A stretch of 64,000 nucleotides of DNA from a virus: IMG/VR virus record IMGVR_UViG_3300035682_000004; one strand, 5' to 3'. The position numbers and the translations under genes were made by a program. Of this stretch, positions 59,269 through 64,000 are shown piece after piece. Within the stretch, counting starts at the first letter, position 1. The number at the start of each line of letters is the position of its first letter. The notes under the pieces were generated by a model. That model was not told the DNA's origin. It searched no databases and saw only the letters and a list, made by a program, of their open reading frames with translations.

Positions 59269-60636
59269 ATGAAAACATTACAAGAACAATACATCCTTAT
59301 TAAAGAAGGAAAAGGAAATAAAGATCATTTCTTAAAACAAGCAAAAAATCTATTTCCTGAATATATTAATCAGTATTCTAGCTACGATTCTACAGTAAGT
59401 GTACTTAAATCAAAAAGTATCTTAAGTGAAGGTATTGGTGGTGTGATTAGTCACAAACCATCTCCATCATGGTTAGAAATATTTAGAGAAAATACAAATA
59501 ATGAAGCAGTAGATATGACTTCAGCTCCTTCTGGTCCATTTGGAGATGCTATAGGTTGGATATCACGAAGTAATGAGTATGGTAAAAACTTATTAATGAG
59601 TAACGGTATTACTAAAGCGGATGACGCTATTATTTTATTTAAAGCACTTAAATCCGGAAAAATTACAGAAGAAAATCTTAGTAAGGTTATAATGGCTGGT
59701 GGAAAGAGATTTACTGATACTGAAACATGGATAAAAGATATGAAACCTCTTTTAAAAAAGGCTAATGAACCAAATACAGTGAAAGAAGGTAATAATCTTA
59801 GTGTTAAATTAAGTGATGGTTCTGAAATCCAAAAAGGTAGTAAAGCTAAAATAAATGACGAAGTAGTAACAATTGTAAATATTACTAAAGTTGGTAACCT
59901 TAAGCATATTACAGGTAAAACTAAAGATGGTAGAGAATTATTAGCAAAAGGTAGTGCTTATGTATCTTCATATGACTCTAAAGAAGAAAATCTATCAGAA
60001 GTTATTGGTGTTCCAAATAGAAAAACATACGGTGACTATGATGAGTTTGCAAAACCATCTAAACAAGTTCAAAAAGATTTAGCTGATCAATTTGATAATG
60101 AAGATAAGAAAAATATTGACAATGTTTATGGTACATCTTTCTTAAATGGCTACTATGCTGAAATGAAAGATCCTAAAAACAAAACTAAAACAGTAGACGA
60201 ATTAAAACAAATTGTACTTAAAAACATGGTTAAAGACATAAACTATTATGCTAAAAATGCTATGTTTGGAACTAAAGGAGTAGGATTTAAAACTGAAAAA
60301 TTAACAATTGCACCTAAAGGTAAATATAAGTCAAGCGGATATGGTGATTTACCTAAAACTAAAACTATTAAAGAAAGTATCCATGACCTAGATATATTAT
60401 TAAGACCTCTTTCAAACCCAGATTTTCCACCATTAACGCGATCACCTGAAGAGTTAGGTAAAGAGGCAGATAATAGATCTGAAAACATGTTGTTAATGAA
60501 ATACCAAAAGCAAATTAATGATCGTAATATAACAGATGATGAATTGAGAGATATATTAAGTGGTCAAGGTGTTAAGGGATTTGGAGGAAGAAAAAATGCA
60601 ATTGAAAAAATTATAAGTAATAGAAATACAAATTAA
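59269..60636 (+). CDS. Modular head-associated protein
   Basis: LSE/NNE/VKE/LSE/IKE junctions. Confidence 0.55.
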   Translation: MKTLQEQYILIKEGKGNKDHFLKQAKNLFPEYINQYSSYDSTVSVLKSKSILSEGIGGVISHKPSPSWLEIFRENTNNEAVDMTSAPSGPFGDAIGWISRSNEYGKNLLMSNGITKADDAIILFKALKSGKITEENLSKVIMAGGKRFTDTETWIKDMKPLLKKANEPNTVKEGNNLSVKLSDGSEIQKGSKAKINDEVVTIVNITKVGNLKHITGKTKDGRELLAKGSAYVSSYDSKEENLSEVIGVPNRKTYGDYDEFAKPSKQVQKDLADQFDNEDKKNIDNVYGTSFLNGYYAEMKDPKNKTKTVDELKQIVLKNMVKDINYYAKNAMFGTKGVGFKTEKLTIAPKGKYKSSGYGDLPKTKTIKESIHDLDILLRPLSNPDFPPLTRSPEELGKEADNRSENMLLMKYQKQINDRNITDDELRDILSGQGVKGFGGRKNAIEKIISNRNTN

Positions 60637-60642
60637 CGTAAT

Positions 60643-61248
60643 ATGAGACAAGTATTAATTGAAACACAATTATTCTCACCCAAAGCTGTTAGCTTAACTG
60701 AAGGAACTAATCCTGGAGGTAACCTATTAGTAAAAGGTGTATTAGCTACTGTCGAAGTAAAAAACGGTAATGGTAGATATTACGCTAAAGAATTATGGGA
60801 ACGTGAAATGGATCGCTACATGGAATCAATTCGTGAGAATAGAGCTTTAGGTGAATTAGACCACCCAGATTCTTCAATTATTAACTTAAAAAATGTTTCA
60901 CATAATATTAAAAAATGCTGGTGGGATGGAAATAATGTAATGGGTATGATTGAAATCTTACCTACTCCATCTGGTAACATTTTAAAAGCATTAATCGATA
61001 GTGGTATTACAGTAGGTGTATCATCAAGAGGAATGGGTTCATTAGAACAAAAAGGTAATGTAATGGAAGTACAAGATGACTTTGAATTACTATGTTGGGA
61101 TTTCGTTTCAACACCTTCTAATCCGGGTTCATGGATGCTACCAACTAGCTTAAATGAATCATATATTCCTAGTATAAATCAATACAGTAAAATTAATTCA
61201 ATTATTACTGATATTTTATGTGCTAATGGATCATGTCCGTTATTCTAA
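60643..61248 (+). CDS. gp21: Prohead core protease, T4 gp21-like
   Basis: KNGNGRYY, ALGELDHP, VSH, GVSSRGMGS, DFVSTPS. Confidence 0.95.
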   Translation: MRQVLIETQLFSPKAVSLTEGTNPGGNLLVKGVLATVEVKNGNGRYYAKELWEREMDRYMESIRENRALGELDHPDSSIINLKNVSHNIKKCWWDGNNVMGMIEILPTPSGNILKALIDSGITVGVSSRGMGSLEQKGNVMEVQDDFELLCWDFVSTPSNPGSWMLPTSLNESYIPSINQYSKINSIITDILCANGSCPLF

Positions 61249-61249
61249 C

Positions 61250-61843
61250 ATGAAAAATTTATTTCTAGTAATATTAATTTGTCTATCAACAGTAGTTTTT
61301 GGACAAACTAAATTAAGAGATAGTGTTAACTATCAAACTCCTAACTTCCGTATTGTTTATTCTGAAATTTTAGAACAACCTAAATGGGTTACCTACACAG
61401 TTAAATGTCCTACAGGTACTGCTTCTAGAGCAAGTATGGAATTCTACACAGACAAAAATATTAAAACATCTGATAACGAAGATTATGTTAATAATGAATG
61501 GGATAAAGGACATATTGCTCCTGCTGCTTCATTTAATTGTACTAAAGAAATGTTATACTCAACATTTACCTATATTAACTCAGCAATGCAACAACAATCA
61601 CTTAATCGTGGTCCTTGGAAAACATTAGAAATATGGGAACGTGAACAAGCTAAAACTACAACAGTATCAGTATATGTTAGATTAGATTATGATAAAGTAC
61701 CTAAACGTGTACCTACAAACGCGGCGATACCTAAAGGATTTTATAAAGAATTAAAAGTAGGTAATACTAAGTATTGTTATTATTTTCCTAACATCGCCCC
61801 TACATCAAAAGACTTAAATACGTTTAAGTGCAATTGTAAATAA
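61250..61843 (+). CDS. Secreted DNA/RNA non-specific endonuclease (beta-beta-alpha-Me)
   Basis: Signal peptide MKNLFLVILICLSTVVFG; WDKGHIAPA, N...Q...LNRG.W..LE, IPKGFYK. Confidence 0.85.
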   Translation: MKNLFLVILICLSTVVFGQTKLRDSVNYQTPNFRIVYSEILEQPKWVTYTVKCPTGTASRASMEFYTDKNIKTSDNEDYVNNEWDKGHIAPAASFNCTKEMLYSTFTYINSAMQQQSLNRGPWKTLEIWEREQAKTTTVSVYVRLDYDKVPKRVPTNAAIPKGFYKELKVGNTKYCYYFPNIAPTSKDLNTFKCNCK

Positions 61844-61918
61844 AACATGGCTCTTCCAAAAGAAGAGCTTTTTCTTTGCACTTCTGTGCATTTTTAGAAA
61901 ATCCGGACATATGTATAT

Positions 61919-61990
61919 TAGAATATACTGCCCGCAATCGCATTTGCAGTATCTATAAATAACAATTCTATTACACTTCAAATAAGTGTA
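61919..61990 (+). promoter_or_regulatory. Structured 5' leader of the scaffold/capsid operon
   Basis: tagaat/attcta enclosing atactgc/gcagtat, then tacactt/aagtgta; follows ATATGTATA at 61909. Confidence 0.55.
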
Positions 61991-62015
61991 TTTCCCAAAC
62001 AAAATTTTAGGACAA

Positions 62016-63104
62016 ATGAGTAAAAACAGAGATTTGCTTAAAGAAGCAATCGAAGATGCTAAAGTTGTTAAAGAAACAGCAATAGCAAGCGCAAAAGCTG
62101 CTCTTGAAGAACACTTTACTCCACAATTAAAATCTATGCTATCAGCTAAACTTGCAGAAATGGAAGAAAAGGAAGAGGCAGAAATGGACGATAATATGGA
62201 AGAAATGTATTCTAAAAAAGATGAAAACTTAATGGGCTACAAACCAGTTAAAAAAGAAGAAATTGAGTATGATCACGGTAACATCGACACAGAAGAAGGT
62301 AACCCGTTAGATGAACTTAATCTTGAAGAATTATTAGCTGAATTAGAAGAAGACATGGAAAAAGAATCCGCGTATGAAGCTAAAGAAGACGACAAAATGA
62401 AGAAAGAAGAATTAAACGAAGCAGAAGGTGAAGAAGAAGTTGAAACTGAAGAAGAAATCAACATCGAGGACATGACTGAAGAAGAGTTAAAATCATTCAT
62501 TGAAGACGTAATTAAAGACATGGTTGAAGCTGGTGAATTAGAAGCTGGTGAAGGCATGGAAGACATGAAAGGTGAAGAAGGTGAAGAAATGGAAAGTGAA
62601 GAAGAAGAAATTTCAATTGATGAAATTTTAGCTGAAATCGAATTAGATGAAGCTAAAAGAAAAAAACTAATTAAATCAAAAGACGAAGACAAAAAAGACA
62701 AAGAAGACGAAGAAGACAAAAAAGAAATCAAAAAACTTAAAAATGAGTTAGAAGAAGCTATGTCTACTATTTCTACTATGAGATCTGATATCAATGAAGT
62801 TAATTTGTTAAATGCGAAATTACTTTACACTAACAAAATTTTCAAAGCTAAAAACTTAACCGAGTCACAAAAAGTAAAGGTTTTAAATGCATTTGATAAA
62901 GCATCAACAGTAAAAGAAACTAAATTAGTATTCGAAACATTATCAGAAGGATTAAAAGAAACTTCTAAATCACATGTTAATGAATCATTAAAAACTAGTT
63001 TAGCATCTAAAACAACAGGTATCATGCCAACAGCAAGAAAGCCTATTGTAGAAGTTAATGACACATTCAAAAGAATGCAAAAAATAGCAGGAATTATTAA
63101 ATAA
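62016..63104 (+). CDS. Prohead scaffold protein
   Basis: Very acidic coiled coil between protease and MCP; LLKEAI.DAK, EVNLLNAKLLY.NK; start corrected to 62016. Confidence 0.85.
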   Translation: MSKNRDLLKEAIEDAKVVKETAIASAKAALEEHFTPQLKSMLSAKLAEMEEKEEAEMDDNMEEMYSKKDENLMGYKPVKKEEIEYDHGNIDTEEGNPLDELNLEELLAELEEDMEKESAYEAKEDDKMKKEELNEAEGEEEVETEEEINIEDMTEEELKSFIEDVIKDMVEAGELEAGEGMEDMKGEEGEEMESEEEEISIDEILAEIELDEAKRKKLIKSKDEDKKDKEDEEDKKEIKKLKNELEEAMSTISTMRSDINEVNLLNAKLLYTNKIFKAKNLTESQKVKVLNAFDKASTVKETKLVFETLSEGLKETSKSHVNESLKTSLASKTTGIMPTARKPIVEVNDTFKRMQKIAGIIK

Positions 63105-63131
63105 AACAATTTAAAAAAAAATTTTAAAAAA

Positions 63132-64000
63132 ATGAGCACAATTCAATCATTATTAGAATCAGCTAGTCCTTGGAAATCACTCCAAAGTGACGCAGCTAAA
63201 TTGTCTTCTAAATGGAACAAAACGGGTCTATTAGAAGGCTTAACAAATGTAGAGGCAAACAACATGTCTTTATTATTAGAAAACCAAGCTAAGCAATTAG
63301 TTATGGAACAATCAGATACAGGTGGAGGTTCATCAGCAGGTTCATTCTCTGTTGGTCAATCAGAAAACTGGGCTGGTATCGCTTTACCTTTAGTACGTAA
63401 AGTATTTGCTCAAATTGCAGCAAAAGAATTTGTTTCAGTTCAACCAATGTCAATGCCTTCAGGTCTTGTGTTCTTCTTAGATTTCCAATACGGAACAGCT
63501 AAAGATCCATTTGCAGTAGGTAGTTCATTGTATGGTAACAGAAATGCAACAGGTGAATTCCCGTTTGCAACTCCAGCACCATCAGGTGGTTTATACGGAA
63601 CAGGTCGTTTCACTTACTCTACTAACCAATTCTCATCATCTGCAATCACAATTGCAACTGGTTCACTTATCGTTTCAGGTACAGCTGCTACAACTAACTT
63701 TGATTCAAATTATTCAGCTTCAGTTACTGCAGGTCAAATTAAAGCGATCACTTTAATTAGTGCTTCTACAAACATCCCTTCATTTGATATGGATGCTGTT
63801 AGAGGTTTCTTAATTTTATCAGGTTCAGCTATTACTGCTGCTAATAACTTACAACAGTTTACTACATTTGATTACACAAACAACACAATTACATTCTTTG
63901 TAAGTGCTTCTACAGCTGCAATTGCTAACGCAGGTGATTATACAATTTTGTATAACAAAGCTACTCAAATGAGCCCGTATAACGTAGGTGATTTTGAAGA
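63132..64000 (+). CDS. gp23: Major capsid protein, T4 gp23-like (runs off the window)
   Basis: Read manually: KW.KTGLLEGL, LLENQ, ALPLVRKVF, VSVQPMSMPSGLVFFLDF. Confidence 0.95.
   Translation, partial: MSTIQSLLESASPWKSLQSDAAKLSSKWNKTGLLEGLTNVEANNMSLLLENQAKQLVMEQSDTGGGSSAGSFSVGQSENWAGIALPLVRKVFAQIAAKEFVSVQPMSMPSGLVFFLDFQYGTAKDPFAVGSSLYGNRNATGEFPFATPAPSGGLYGTGRFTYSTNQFSSSAITIATGSLIVSGTAATTNFDSNYSASVTAGQIKAITLISASTNIPSFDMDAVRGFLILSGSAITAANNLQQFTTFDYTNNTITFFVSASTAAIANAGDYTILYNKATQMSPYNVGDFE

Noticed and set aside
24272-63756. Alternative-frame + strand ORFs at 24272, 51637 and 63532
   Set aside because: They are nested in better-supported genes; 63532 lies inside the gp23 gene.

Overview
A 64-kb segment of a large, AT-rich T4-like (contractile-tail) bacteriophage genome. 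Essentially all real genes are on the + strand and use the standard genetic code. The host is probably Bacteroidota, based on TTTG-N20-TATATTTA promoters, SD-less A-rich starts, D-S/T-rich lipoproteins and a Bacteroidota-type IscA. Layout: (1) 1-6 kb, an array of tiny early genes, almost each with its own promoter. Some are nearly C-free or G-free, and a long non-coding imperfect hairpin closes the array. (2) 6.5-13.5 kb, DUF932 and GIY-YIG genes, five tRNAs, a lysis cassette, an HD protein and a gp55-like late sigma factor. Two anticodon-less tRNA-like RNAs lie at 5.6 and 8.2 kb. (3) 13.8-29.3 kb, baseplate and tail genes rich in (S/T)-G-S. (4) Primase and exonuclease, then about 17 kb of putative head-packaged cargo proteins and polyproteins whose leaders copy segments of the scaffold protein. 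(5) A small metabolic cluster. (6) TerL, portal, prohead protease, a secreted nuclease, scaffold and the start of the major capsid gene. The most novel signals are the scaffold-mimic cargo-tag/polyprotein system, the three-letter early genes, the anticodon-less tRNA mimics and a candidate virion glycosylation sequon. All family calls come from motif recognition by eye; no database search was run.
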